Shown here one piece after another: positions 1 to 14,606 of a DNA stretch of 64,000 nucleotides (within the stretch, counting starts at the first letter, position 1; every line of letters begins with the position of its first letter). Source of the stretch: Naegleria gruberi (taxonomy: Eukaryota); the NCBI GenBank assembly GCA_000004985.1, contig GG738892.1; one strand, 5' to 3'. Under the pieces are notes generated by a model. It was not told where the DNA came from. It searched no databases and saw only the letters and a program-made list of their open reading frames with translations. The position numbers and the translations under genes are program-made.

Positions 1-284
1 ACAAGACGAATACTCCATTCATAAATCTTTGAAAACCCGAAAATGCAGGTCGAGGAGTGATAAGTTGCGGTTGATTTTGAGCCATTTTTTAATTTCAATT
101 TATTTAATTTTTTATATTTATTTTTAATGTTAAAAAAATGTCTCCAAAACTGTGATTATTTTCTAGATGATTAAAATAGATGGAAACATGAAATTTCAGA
201 AATAGATAACTTAACATGTCTACTTTTATTAATAAAAAGTTGAATTATTGAAGCTTTTTAGATACAAAATAAAAAATAAATTCT

Positions 285-355
285 TGCGTCGACCGGGAAT
301 TGAACCCGGGTCACGGCGATGGCAACGCCGTATTCTACCACTAAACCATCGACGC
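285..355 (-). tRNA. tRNA-Gly (anticodon GCC)
   Basis: Reverse complement folds as a cloverleaf: acceptor GCGTCGA/TCGACGC, D-arm TGGTTTAGTGGTAGAA, anticodon stem CGGCG/CGCCG with loop TTGCCAT (GCC), T-arm GGGTTCAATTCCC. About 71 nt, no intron, discriminator A. Confidence 0.85.
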
Positions 356-479
356 TTCTCATATAAACTAATTCGTATCTACTCATTTAAATCAACCACA
401 AAAGACAAAATAGAATCACGTTTGAGAATTCCCAACTGTTTAAAAATAATAAATTAATAAAAAAAATAAACACTTCGGA

Positions 480-3400
480 ATGGATGATCAGTGGCCCACC
501 CACCAAATTGACAAGAATGATGATCAAACTATTGATGTGGTTGGTAACCTAAAACCGAAGGAAGCGATCAAGGAGGTGAACAAAAAAATTAAACAATTAG
601 AGAATGAAATTAATTCCCACTTGTCCTCGTTTGATGTTAGTTTTGACTTTGGAGAAAATGGAGACTTCCAAAGACTGTTAGTTACCATTAGAAAGTTTGG
701 TAAAACATTTGCTAACGAAACTTTTGTAGCTTGTACAGACAAAAGCTCTCCAAGTATGATCTTTAGGTATTTGGAGGTGGCAGAAATATCATCTGCTAAA
801 AAATCAAATGAATTTGGCATTGAAAAGACACAATACTATTATGTAAGTAATTATACTAGTGGCATGTCAAATTCATTTCAAAAAGTTATTACAAGATATT
901 TCAAAATATCTCAAAAAGAATATGAATATGGAAGAATCGCTATTCGGCAAAGCAAAGAAAATGTTATTTGGTAAAACTAAGAGTGAACAGCTTTTAGATG
1001 AGTTGGAAATTATTTGTAAAGACAGATTCTATGAAGTCAACAACAAAGTGCTAGAAGAAGGTGTCGATGAAATTTGTGATTTCATCCAAAACAAAAAGAA
1101 AGAAGAAGCAAGAAAAATATTTCTTTCTCTATTTATGATGGTTTCTAAAAATCCTGACATATATTCTAATGTCAATCTCTTTCAAGTGGCATGTACTCAT
1201 TTATTACTGACACTATATGTTGCTAATAATCCACCTCCTGTTGTCTTTAAATGGATAAGTGAAATTCTCGTTACTAGTGCAAAAGATTACTCCAAATTTG
1301 CCCATAATATCAGGAAAATAATGTTGCTGAGTGGATTGAAAAACTTTGAGTTTGAATATGTATTGGTATTGCATCAATTTAAAAATAATCATTTTGATCA
1401 ATGGAATATATTTTGGAAAAAAGCCAGTATTTCAGCTGAGCTGCACGATTGGGTTTGTGAATATTATTTTAGAGTGTTTCCAAATAATTGGTATCATTTG
1501 GAAATTACTTTCTCCTCAATTATTCAACCTCAAAACTCCAAATATTTACCAATTTATGTATCTAGTTTATTGCAGAGATCACCAGAATATTTCACCAATT
1601 TTTGGAAGAACTATCTAAATAATTTAGACATGACAAAAGAACCACTCTACATATTTTGTCTGCAATTTTTATGCTATAACATACAGACATTCTTAAATGA
1701 TCTATTACTCAAGCAAAAGCTCATTTCTAGTCTTGCCACAAAAGAAATCCTTGATTTCTCTGAAAATACTCTTCAGTCTATTCTCCAAACAATTCAACAA
1801 TATGGAGTGGATTACTATTTGGGTGCACTGGAATTCTCACTAAAGAATAATGCCAAATCTGATAATCTGACCCCCAAAAACATGAGATTAGCAATCAAAT
1901 ACTTTCCAAATCAAGTGTCTAATGAAACTTTCATGATATTTTTAACAAACCAGATGAAAAAGAGGGCCAGTGTTGATGTAATATTCGAAATGATCGATAG
2001 TTACATGAATGTGAACGGATTGGATTTACAAAGAGTATTGTCCTTTTACACGAGTTGGTTTGGTTTAACAAAAGATTTCAGACATTTACAAATTTTTGAT
2101 ATTCTTGAATCAAAATCTATTGAATCTTTCATTTCTGAATTGGATGAAAATTCAGCGGAAACAATTGTATTGGCTTTATCTAACCTTTTTAATGATACAT
2201 CAGCAAAGGAGGCAAGACTGAAGTCTGCCAAGCAATTGTTCTACTTAGGATCTGATAATCTAACCAGACATCATTATGTATTTTATAAGGCATTTATCAA
2301 TTCATTGTTAGACTCTACTGATATGTTGGAAAGACTTAGAATAGTTTCATTAATCGCTGATGACATGTCTACTTCAAAGCTATTTTCGACTTTTGCTCCA
2401 TACCTTTTAGAAAATGCAATTGTAAATAGGGAACAAACAGGAATCAAGTTTTTCCTTGATTCTGAAAAGTACCTCAACATATTTATTAACACCTGGAAAC
2501 ATAATCAAAATTCAAAGGAATGGAAAGAGTATCGTGACTTATTCGTAAGTGCGGTAAAGAATCCTCTTCAAGACTTGACAGATAGCATTTCAGACAACCA
2601 GATAACGATCAAGGATTTGGAATTGTTACAAAAAGAAAGATATCGTTTTAATTCACTGATCGAGAAATTAGATTTAGCTAAAGTGAATGGAATAGAAAGA
2701 AAGATAGAAACTTCCAAGTCTGTAGAAAAAGATATTCAAGAATTGACTAAAATTATTTCATGGTTAAAAAGGTTCCCACTGCTTATGGAGTTTACACAAC
2801 ATTTATCATTACTGGATGAAACATCTACACTCTCAGAATTGGAATCTAATGTTGAAAGCCTCAAGGCACAACTTGATTATATTGATAACAGAAGAGACTT
2901 GATAATTTTTCTCCACGATGAAGACAGTCTATTGTTCCACTCTCTATTCAAAAAATTTCTTCATGACTCTGGGGAAACTGGTGATATTATAGCAGTATCT
3001 GAAATATTTACAAGAGTGATTGAATTCTTGGAACACATTAATATGCAAAATATTCAAAGTTTGAAAGAGTATGAGATTTTAGATCTTTCTAAGCAGCTGA
3101 GAGCTAAAGGAAAAACTCTCTCTGGTGAGATTGAACTTCTATCCTCAGTTCTTAACAAGACTAGTTCAGGAGGTCAATTTAATATCAATTTGGAGGTTTT
3201 AAGAAAAGCACTAAACTTGGAAGAGCTTGGAACTGGATTAGAATATTTTGTTGATTGTATGCAAGACTACAATATGGAGCTTGTTAAAGAAGAGAGTTTC
3301 AATAACATAAAAAGACTCAAAGATAGATTGTACGGTCTGAGAGACATTCCTCTTTCGGAAGTTGAAGTAATTCTTGATGTTTCTAATGAAGCAATGCAAG

Positions 3401-6400
3401 GTTTGGACGGTTATCACACCAAATATTTTAAAGATTTATTAACTCCAGAGTCAAAAGGATTAATTCAATTTTTGAAGGATAATTTGTTAAGCTTTGAAGA
3501 TTCTATCAAAGTAGTAAGGACAAGAAGTAGAAACTCTAAATTCCACGAAGAAATAGTGAATTCTTTAATTATTGCCAAAGAACTGGTCTCTCCTTTACTC
3601 AATCAAAAGATCACCTTCCAAGATTTTAGAAATAAGATTCTTGCCTTATTCAACAAGGAAGAGGATCTTTTCAAGCTTAAGGAACTTCAAGTTGTTAACG
3701 AAAATCTTACAACCATCAAAATTTTATTCTCTAGTACAGCCACTATCCACCTTGATGATGTTTTTGATAGTGTCAGGGCAATAATAGAAAAGGGAAAGTT
3801 TATTTCCACACCAGATTCATTAATCGTTAGCTACGAAGATAAAGAAATATCAGGAGAAGAGCTAGTTGATTTGGTTAGGGTTGCTATTTTCAGATCTTCT
3901 GATTCAGAAAATGACCAAAATATCAAGATGAAACATGATTTACAAAACTTTATATTGCTTTATCAAATGGCAGAGCAAATTCAGTCAACTATCAAAGAGC
4001 TAATCAAAGAGGGTTATCCTAAATACCATGATCAAGAACGAATCGAAATTAATGAAAGAATGGAAAAATTAGAGCTTGAAAAGAAGAACAATGCTTTTAA
4101 TGCAAAACTTGAAAAATGGAAAAAATCTATTGAGGACCTTGTGGAATCACAACCATTAGTTTTAAATTTATCAAGAAGTCAACTAACAAAATTTGTTTCA
4201 CTCTTCAAGGATAGTTTAGAAAGTGAAGAAAGGGAATGTCAAAGTCTTATTCCATATATAATGCTAATTGTTAAAGAATTGTTCAGAGATAATCTGAAGC
4301 ATTATCCAATTACAGAAGAAGGATTGAAGGAAATTTTGAGTGGTTTCAAAAGTACAACAAGTGCAAAAGAGATTTTGAAGCTTTCTGGTGAATTTGTACA
4401 GAAAATTATTGAAAGTATTGCTGGCGATTTAGATCAAGAAAGAAATAACTACGAAACCAAAACACTGTATGATGTGAATGGCTCACAAATACCAATTATT
4501 CTACTTAAAATATTCCAAGAAAATATCATTCAGTACTCTGGTGATAATAGTGTTTTGATAGTCAACAATTCCAATATCTTCTACTGTGATGAAAGTACAA
4601 GGAAAGAGGACATTCAATGGTTTTGTAAAAGAAGGAAAGCTTTCCCGGAGCTCACTTATGCTCTGGTTCATGTGAACAAGTTAGTGCTCAGTGTGAAGGA
4701 AGAGTTGATCAAGTTTGAGTTTGAAGCTCATGAAAAGAACCAAAAGGTAGGATTGACTACTTTGATTTTCACATCAGACGCATCTAAAGAAGCATTCTCA
4801 TTTATTGAAACAAAGAATGACATTGAAGGTATGGCCCAAAAGAAGCCAATTATTAGCAAGTACCTTTCAGAAAGTTGTAAGATAGAGAAATTTGAGACTG
4901 TTAAGGGAGAATCAGCTTCTGGTAAGACTCGTTATATTCAATCAGAAAAACGAGATAATGAGGTCTATGTGAGAATTGCAGTACATGAAGAATTTTCATA
5001 TGACTATTTTTATGAACAATTGTGTTCTTATGATTTTGAAAATTCACCAAAGGTTTTAATTCATTTTGATGTTTCCTATGTTTTTGAATTGAGAAACTTT
5101 GAATTATTCTTACTTGAATGGATCTTTGGTAGATGCTTGCAAAGTAAGAAGGGTCAACTGGTTGATACTTGGGGCAACACTAAAGAATCAATTCGTATTT
5201 TTGTTGAAATACCAAGTAGCTTTGAAAAAGTCAAGTTGGATTTAATATCTTTAATTGAGACTACTATTGGACCAAAATCATTACATTCAGATCTTGCAAG
5301 TTTTGATTTTGGAGAGGAAAAAACAAGATATGTAGCCTCAATGTTTACTTTGTTCAATTCAAAAAAGATTAATGATATTAATCGTTTCTTGAATGTTGAC
5401 AAGAATTTAGTCTCGGAAGAAAAGTCGAGACAAGTGCTTACTCAATTTTTCAGCGTAAGCAAGGTTACAAAAAGCCATTCATTGAGAAAAATATTCATTG
5501 AATTGATGTATGAAAGGTTAAGAGGTCTTGAAAATTATCATATTAAGTTTTTGAAATTGAAAGAGTCCAACGAGTTTGGTCAAGATATTTACGGAAATGC
5601 TCAAGAATTAATTTTCACAATCAATGGAACTCTCTTCCCTGTATTTAAAGAAGAATGTGAGGTGATGACAGATAATACTATTGAACGATGCTGGAGTGAC
5701 CTTCCCGTAGTATTTGCAGTACCAAATCTTACAGATGATATACCCAATTATAATATCGTCAGATGTTCTAAATGTAGCACTACTAGAGAGTATATTGGCA
5801 TGCAACCACTTGATGTAAAAACTAGCACACTAGCAGAAATACGTTCAATATTGACATCCTCTTTCGAAGTTAATTCCATAATTGAAATTTGTGAAAAGAC
5901 CAACTATTTGCTAACTAAGGACTTTGCTATCAAATTATTTTTGTTAGATGAAAGAAGAAAGGTTGGCAGATCTGTTATTATTGAAAGTGAAACTGGTGTG
6001 GGAAAAAGTGAATTGCTTCGATTTTATTCAAATATTTTAAATTCCAACAACAAATTATTGCCTGATATAAGATTTGAGCTAAGGAAGTGGCTGTGTGAAA
6101 CTGTTGATCAATTCACTTCCAAGAATAATATTCAAACAGAGGTTAGAACTAAAAATATGGACAAATGTAGATCCAGAGAATATATTGTAAAGCTGTTGAA
6201 AGAAACAGAAGAACAAGTTGGTCAACAGTTGTTGCAAGAAATTACAATTTCTCTAGTAAGCGCAGTTAAGAAAATATTTGATGAGTTCAAATTAATTGAA
6301 AAAACAGACCTTATTAACTCCACTTTTGAGGCTCTTGAACAACAGAATTATGATTTATGGACAGTGGATATGATTGCTGACTTTTTAGCTCAAGCTGAGT

Positions 6401-9400
6401 CAGCAAGACCTGAAAACTCTATTTATTTCAAGATTTTGATGCATAGTGGTATAAGTTCACAAGAAATAAGACAAACTATAAGAGATATCGAAAGAAACAC
6501 TTTGAGATTAATCAATTCAGGATATCAAGACTTAAAGGTTGTTGTTTTCATTGATGAGTTGAATACAAGCAGTTGTATGGGCATTATGAAAGAGCTATTT
6601 GTGGACCATACATTAGACGGTCAATTGTTACCAAAATCTATCTTTTTTGTTGGTGCCATAAATCCAAAATTGCAAAATGAAGAATATGTAGTTAACGAAA
6701 TTGCACCATCCATGAAACTTATCAGATTTAACTATGCAGATCTCTCTAAATATCAAGAGCAAGAATTTTTGGCTCTACTGATCGAATTAGAGCAAAAGAA
6801 GCGAGATGAACATGAAGGATTTGTACATGATTTACAAACATTCATTTTATCTGCCCAACGTTTTGTTGCAGAGTCTAAACAATTGGATAAGAGAATAAGA
6901 GTTTCAATCAGAGATTTAACAAGGGCATGTAAACTATATTGGTTTTTGAAGGATAATGAAGTTCTTTACTACTCTGCTAATCTCTCCATAGAACAATGTC
7001 ACATTATTTGCTTATACATGGCCTTAGCACTGTCCTATTATTTCAGATTACCTTCTAGTGAGAGAACCAAATTTGAGGAAATGATTGATAGAGAAGCACA
7101 TACTCAGGTGCAATATGGAATCTTTGCATTTTCTCAAGTTGTCTCAGAGCAATTAGGATATTTCTATCAAAAAGCAAAACAACGCGGATTTATTCCTCCA
7201 GGTATTGCAAGTACAAAAGCATTATTAGAAAATTTCTTCACTATGGTCATTGGAATTCAAGTTGGAATAGGAATCAGCTGTGTTGGTCCTCCAGGAAATT
7301 CAAAGACTTTATCTTACACTATTGCAACACAAAAGAAGAAGAGTCTTTTTGTTGGAATGAAAACTGTTCATACCCAACATTATCAATGCAATGAATTGTC
7401 TACTGCTAATGAAATTGAATTAGTAGTAAAGAGCCAAGTTGAAACTAGACGAAAGTATGAAAGAGCAGGAATGGTTAACGAAATTTGTAGTGTATTAATT
7501 GATGAAGCAAGTCTTCCAATAGAAAAGAAAAATTCGCTCAAAGTTCTTCATTACTATCTTGACAAACCAACTATTAGCACAGTTCTCATTTCAAACAATT
7601 TATTGGATGCAGCTAAATCTAATAGATGTATTCAAATTGTTCAACCAGAGACTAGCTTTGAGGATTTGAGAGCACTTTGTCAAGGTTGTTTAATGTTAAA
7701 TGAAGATGACATTAAGCCAAATTCAAGAATAGATAGAATTATTACAGCATTATGTAAATCATTTAAAGAGGTCAATTATGTGCTTACTAGCACAATTGTT
7801 AAGCAACATAATGGCACTGGTGGAATTTTCCATTTGAGAGATTTCGTCTACTTCTTAAGAATGCTATCTAAGAATAAGGGTAATCACAAGGAGGTTTTCT
7901 CTGGTAACAATATTTACTATTGTTTACAACGTAATTTTAATGGTGTTCCAGAAAATGATTTCCAAAAAATTCAAGAGCTTTTCTTGACAAATATTAACGA
8001 AATGTTAGGAACAAAGATTCATATCGAAAAGGAAAAGATCAAGCAATATATTGATGTAGTATATGATAGTATTCACGATAGTTTATCAAAATACGATGAT
8101 CCAAATCAATCTCACTACAGACATACTATGATTATCGATCCGAGCCAAGCTCAGGCCTCTATTAAGCTTTTAACATCCAACAATATAATTGACCAATCCA
8201 AGACAAAGGTTGTTTACATTAGCGATTTTAAGGGTGATACAAATGATTTGTCCCTTTCTCAAGAAATTAGTGAAGTCAAAAATTGTATGGAACTTGGAGC
8301 ACCGGTAGTATTGGTAAATTCATCTGCCATTTCTACAAATTTCTTTGACGTTTTTAACAAACACTTTACCAAGGTAAATGATAGATACTTTGCCAATGTG
8401 TCTATTAAAGGAAAAACTCACCCATGTGAAATTAATTCCAGCTTCCACTGTATAGTCCACGTTCCTATTGCACAATACAGAGAGTTACCTTTGCCATTCT
8501 TGAATAGATTTGAGAAATACATTATTGGTGCAGAGAGAGTTTTGAAGAGTGATCTTTTGGTTGAAAAAGAGGAGAGCAAGAAGGCAATTTTCGATCACAT
8601 CAGAAGAGGAGTTAATGACTTTGTTCGTCAATTTGATGCTAGTACATTCTATGGTCTTGTTGAAGATGAAACAGTGGATTTATTAATCAAATCAATCTAT
8701 CAACAATCCAAAGACTCTATTCAAATTAAGAAACCACTAACAATTAAGAATAATAACATTATAGAACTATTGAAAGAAAATGGTATGGAAGATAATATCG
8801 ATTTAGAGGAAGAGGACGAAGAAATTTCCATCAACAAACTGAGGAGCTACATTAGAAAGATTAACTTTCAACTGTTGCAAATTGCCAAACCTGAAGATAT
8901 TTTCCTCAGAAGAAAATTCATTCCAAAATCCTACCTAGTGGAGTACCTCACAAAACAAGAGCACTTTTGTACAATTTCATTTTTGAAGAATGCCATAGAC
9001 CAACATTTCAAACAATCCACAACAAATAATTCAAAGTACATTCTTTATACCAGACACTCAAGTGGTATTCACACTCTCAATGATACTGACCGTTTAAAGG
9101 AGATTACCTCCGTTGCATGTACTTCTGAACCTTTGAAGTCATGTGTGAACAATCCAAGTGAAATTATTACCCTTGCTTCACTTTCTTCATTCTCTTCTCA
9201 ATTAGAATTCCACAGATTCTTGGGAGAGTTTGCAGCTGATCATCAAAAGCTTGTTTTACTATTAACCATTGATATGTCAATGATTTCTAAAAACACTGTG
9301 AATTTTGTAAAATTCAAGATTGAGAATATTCTTTCTTCTCCAATGAAGAAGGTTAAGAATATGACACCTTTCGTTTCTCTTATTCTCTACTTCCCTCCAG

Positions 9401-12400
9401 AGTCTTCTCATTTCAATGCTGCTTACGATAGTATTTTCTTAGGGTGGGACTATTATTACATTGACAGTTTAAGAGGAGACCTTGGTGATGGTCAAATTAG
9501 TCAATATAGAGATAGCAGATACTGGTTTAGTGTTGCTGTTGGATTACTGAAGGGATTCCGTGCATCTGATAAACAGGCCTTCCAAAATTCTTTCATTCCA
9601 TTATATAACAAGCTTTTGGAAGATTATATTCGTTCAGATAATACAGCCGTTGCATCTGGATCACTTAGTCCATTTTTCATGAGAAGAAATATTAACAAAC
9701 TGGTAGACAAGAAAAAGTTTATTCTGACAAATATTAACAAGCTTGAATTATTGAGAGACATTGTGTTGAACATGTTTGCTGATAGGTGGAATAACCAGTT
9801 CCTTTCTCAACTCGTTCAAAAAATATGTACCGATATTACCAGTGGTAAGATAGTCAATGGTATCATTCAAACAATTTCCTATGAACTTTCGTCTGTCCTA
9901 GAAGAAATGATGTATCCTATCACAAGAAAATTAATTTATCTTACACCATCCGTACAAAAGATTCTCAATGTAGAAGATCAATCTACACTTTGTTTACTAC
10001 GTAAATTGATAGAGGTTTTCATAACAACAAACAAGAAAAAGAGCAAGAGCTCAGATATTTTACATGTATCAACCTATCAAAGTACAAATGAACACTTGCC
10101 TCTTTCTACTCTCCTTATTGAAAAGATGATTCTAAATGAGAAATCTGATAATCTAGACGAAGTGGTAGAAATGATTGAGAATGACAAGGAAAATTTTGAA
10201 AAATTCCGTCTCGATATGATTTCTTTCTATTTTGAAAAAGACATTACAAAAGAAGACCAAGCAATAAGATTAGTTGATATTCTTATTTCCCCTATTTGGA
10301 ATAGTGCAGAGGGAAAGAAGAGTATGAGACTACTCTCACATCTTTCACAAACCAAAGTCAAGAATAGTATCAAAATCTTACTTAACGTTCTTTCCCAATT
10401 CAAGTCTATTAATTTCTTGACAGACGAATTCAAAAAACATTTGCAAGGAAAGCAACTCCATGAGTGTTTGGAAGTCATCTTTACTTACATTCTTGATTAT
10501 GTATACAAAAATATAGGAACAGCTCTTGAAGAGAAAGACTTGGATAGTATTAATAGTTGGATGAGCGAACTTTCATCTATCAACTTTATGTATATTAAGG
10601 ATATTGCACCTAAATACTTTAAGAGTTCAAGATTCTCCATTCTATTCTTGGTCTACTATGTGTTGAAAGGATGGGTTTTAAGTGAAGAGCAAATTGAATA
10701 TTTGTGGAAAGGAATTACAGAACTATACAAAAATCCAACATACCTACCAGATAACTTTATAGATATTTATAATTGCTTCAAAGATACTGTTACAACCTTC
10801 TTGGACCCTAATCAACAATCTATCTGGATTAATAATGTTACGAGATTTGCCTTTGTGCATATTATTGACATTTGGTCGGCTCCATCATTGACAAACTTTT
10901 TCACAATTATTTCACAATACGAAAAGGATGAAAATTCAATTTTCAAACAACTTAATATTGGCTTGATAACAAGTATTACAAAAACCATAATGGCTCGTTA
11001 TCTGCAAAACAAATTCAACCAAAATATGACGAATGTAGTTGAGCAAGAATTGAACAATTACTCTGATGAAAACTTTGTCCCAGAAGAATTATCTTCAAAG
11101 AAACAACCATTCTCTGTTCTGCTTCTTCAATCATCATATCTTTCTCATCACTCTCAATCAAAATGGGAAACATTCCTTCCACTCTTTACAAGACATCAAG
11201 AGGATGGAGGCAATAGTAAGCTTTCCAAACTTATCACTCAAGCCAACAATATTTTGCTGATAACAAAGCTCTCGAGTCATCTCCTCAAAGATGATGATCC
11301 ACAAAAAACTATTGAAAATATGGATGCAGAAACATGTGAATTGATTACTAATGTTATGAAACAAGAAAACATGGCTCTTTATTTCCTTTCAAGATATACT
11401 TCTGATGTTGAGTTGGAGATGATTCTTACTACAAATAGAGGAGAATTGGGAAGAATAGGACTGGCAAATTTCCATATACCATCAATTAAGAAGAATTTTA
11501 AATCTCATCATTTCTCATTCATGCATGATAATAATCAAGTGTACACAGATTTGAAAAGACATATTGAATCTAACAATATTCAACAGATACATAATTTTAT
11601 CAATACCAATGCTGCCCAGCATAAGTATTTCATTAGAATGTGTTTGATTGTAATCTCGTATAATTTCTACTTTTTGGAATGTAAATCTTGTGATGCTGTA
11701 TTGGCTATTTTACAAGACAGAAATGTATTGAATACTCTTAGTATTGATGACTCTGAGTTGAAGGCATTCGTATTCTTTGCTACTAAACCAGTATCTCTTC
11801 CAGTTGAGAAACAAGATGACTGGTTCGCATCATATTACTTCTCTCAGGAATTCATCAACTCTAACAGGGATAAGATGCTGACTCACCTCCTAGCAAATAT
11901 TACAGCAACTAATGTGGGCGTTCCAAAAGAGAAGAATCACTTGTATAACAGAATGTTTAATCCACAAGTATTGGCCAATTCATTCGGTCCTGGAAGTACA
12001 TATCAGGATAGGAACTGGGATTGTGGATATACTAGCTCTGGATACAATATTAATAACATTGAAAGCCACAATATTATGAATAGAAATCAGACATACCACT
12101 CAGCTTTGAACTCGCTCACTTGGGCTTCCTTTGTAATGTGCGTAATATTCGATCCAGCAAAGAATGAAAATGCTGCCAAAGGTGGACATATGTGTAATTG
12201 TATTGATGATGTCAAATTCAGGCCCAATTTAAGCAATTTGGAACAACTTCAAACCTATATTAAGATTAGGGCTGATACTTTCTGTTCTATTTTTGCTCAT
12301 TCACCTAATATTATTGGAAATGTGGACCCAATTATTTTCTTTACCTCATCTCTCGAGGAATTCACCAAGCAAGCACCAAACAGTAATGATTGTTTTGGAT

Positions 12401-14469
12401 TCTTTGCAAATAATAATACTCCAACCATTAGAGCATATGAAAACTTTTGGATGAACTCATGTTTCATTCCAACACTCAATCGTTATGCTAACATTGTTGG
12501 TAAAATGAATGCTGGTCAGAAACTTCTTCAAGATATTGGTCAATTCAAGGAAAGATCGTTGGCTATTAGAAAATGTGTTGATTTATTCCCTTCAAGAGAA
12601 AATATTCTTGCTTTCTTCTCCCAAAGATATACTGATATTGAAGATAATGCTGAGCTCATGACAGTAAGGCAAATAGTCAAACATAAGGACTGGTTATTGT
12701 TTAGTTATTATTTTATTGACTTTTTGAGTTTTTATGTTAAATTACACAGAGGTTTGAATGGCAAGATTGAAAGAGACTCAATTCATATGACAGTCAAGGA
12801 TGCATTAACACTCATTACCAAAGATAAGAGTAAACAAGAGGAAGAAGCCATCTACGAAAGTTGGGAATGCTTTAAGAAATCTTGGAATATTGTATCAGAA
12901 AAACAAGAGAGAAACATTGTTTGTCAACATGCTAACCAAGCTGAAATACCAATTATTGATGAAAACTCAATTCTCTCTCATCTGCTCTATGTTGAAGGTG
13001 GTAATAATGAGATTGGAACATTACTTTTAACAATTTATAATGCTCAATCAGATATTCAACAAGGACATTCTTTCCCAGATACCATTGATGCAGCCTATGT
13101 TATGGAACTTGATGATGTCTTTTACAAACTATTATTCAGCAAATTTGAGGATGATAACTTCTTTGAAAATATTCAATACTATGTAACAATCAATAACGGA
13201 GATATTAACTTTGATTGGAAGTCATTGGAGAGTTATTTTGTTGAATCACTTTCTAAAGGAAGGCCAAGACTTTTGGTTAAAAAGGATCAAGTTATTAGTC
13301 CACAAGCCATCTGCAAGTTCAAGGAGGATATCCCAATTGAGGAAGATTTACCTGATGAGATAATTCAAGAAGATAGCCTTTCTCTGGATACTTATGCATC
13401 TGAACTGAATACCTTGATTGAAAAGATGAATAGTATGGATATTTCATGGAAAACATTCGACAATACCAAGAAGAAATCATTTATGAATTCACTCAACTTC
13501 AGAGATACTAAAAAGATTTTACAAATTGCCAAAGATACATGTCAAGCTGCCACAAATTTGATTGGAAAAGTTCCCTTCAAATCATTTAGTATTGTCAACT
13601 CAGAAAGGGAAATTTTAGGATTCTCTGAATTTGTATTGGACATTATTTACAATAGAGATGAAGTTAAATCTCTATACGATAAATTCTCCTCCACGTTCAG
13701 AATTCCAATGTCAACCTCAACAAAGGAGAAATTTGAGAGAATTACTCTCTATACCATGAAAATGGTAGAAACATCCAATCCAGAATTGGATAATTTCCTG
13801 TCTGATTTGAGAACTATTGCTACTGTTATTTACAACAATGAAAAGGATATTGTTAATGCATACGCTTCAATGACAACTGCTAGTCTTAGAACCGTTTTTG
13901 AGTCTCAAATTCAAGTCAAAAATCACGATAATTTAGCTCAAATCCTTCCAAACTATTTCCTTGTTAAAAATTTGGTTCCTTACATTGAAAATATTAGAAG
14001 ATTAATTGGTAAAATTGAGCTCAAGAAATCTTCCATGAAAACGGAAAATTACCAAGAGCTTGTCCCTGATAATCTGAAAACAAGACCTGAATCTCCTATT
14101 GATCCATTGGACAGTTTGATTTCAAAAGTAGAAGAACCTGAAGAAGAAGAAGAAATTCCACAACCTCCTCCAATGTTTAATGTGATGCCACTATCTAACC
14201 TACCAATCATGCGTCCAAACATGCCTTCTAACAATTACACAATAGATCCAAATCAAATGAACAAGATTAAGAACCTTATGGAACAAGCCCAGAACGAGAA
14301 GCAAATTTCTCTACTTCTGCAACCACAATTATTGGATAATAATCTTCTATTGAGATTGGTAGAATTATTGGAAGAGGCAGAAATGTTGACAGAGGAAGGT
14401 AAAGAACTGCAACAAGCAATTTCAACCAACCAAACTATTATTTTACAAAACTTTAACAAGTTGAGATAA
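480..14469 (+). CDS. Giant (~4650 aa) protein with two dynein/midasin-class AAA+ ATPase modules (possibly RNF213/mysterin-like). Proposed structure: exon 1 480..842, 43-nt intron 843..885 (GTAAGT...AAAAAG), exon 2 886..14469.
   Basis: A 13.6-kb uninterrupted ORF in AT-rich DNA. First AAA module: Walker A 'ESETGVGKSE' (near nt 5990), Walker B 'VVVFIDELN', sensor 'FVGAINP' (AAA_5/dynein-midasin style). Second module: 'GPPGNSKT' (near nt 7290) with 'SVLIDEAS'. An upstream 121-codon ORF (480..842) ends exactly at a GTAAGT donor and joins in frame to the main ORF through an AAAAAG acceptor at 884-885. Confidence 0.6.
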
Positions 14470-14606
14470 TATTTGAAAATAAAGTTGTATTATGACCATT
14501 AAAAACCTTGTCTTGTGCATATGGCAACAGAATTTATTGGACCAGTTAGTACAAGTTCAATTGTTCAAAATAAATTAATAATTGTTTATCTATAATTTTT
14601 ACAATG

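Noticed and set aside
524-820. Minus-strand 98-aa ORF overlapping exon 1 of the giant gene
   Set aside because: It is antisense to a longer ATG-initiated ORF that splices into the giant gene. It has no start context or conservation signal.
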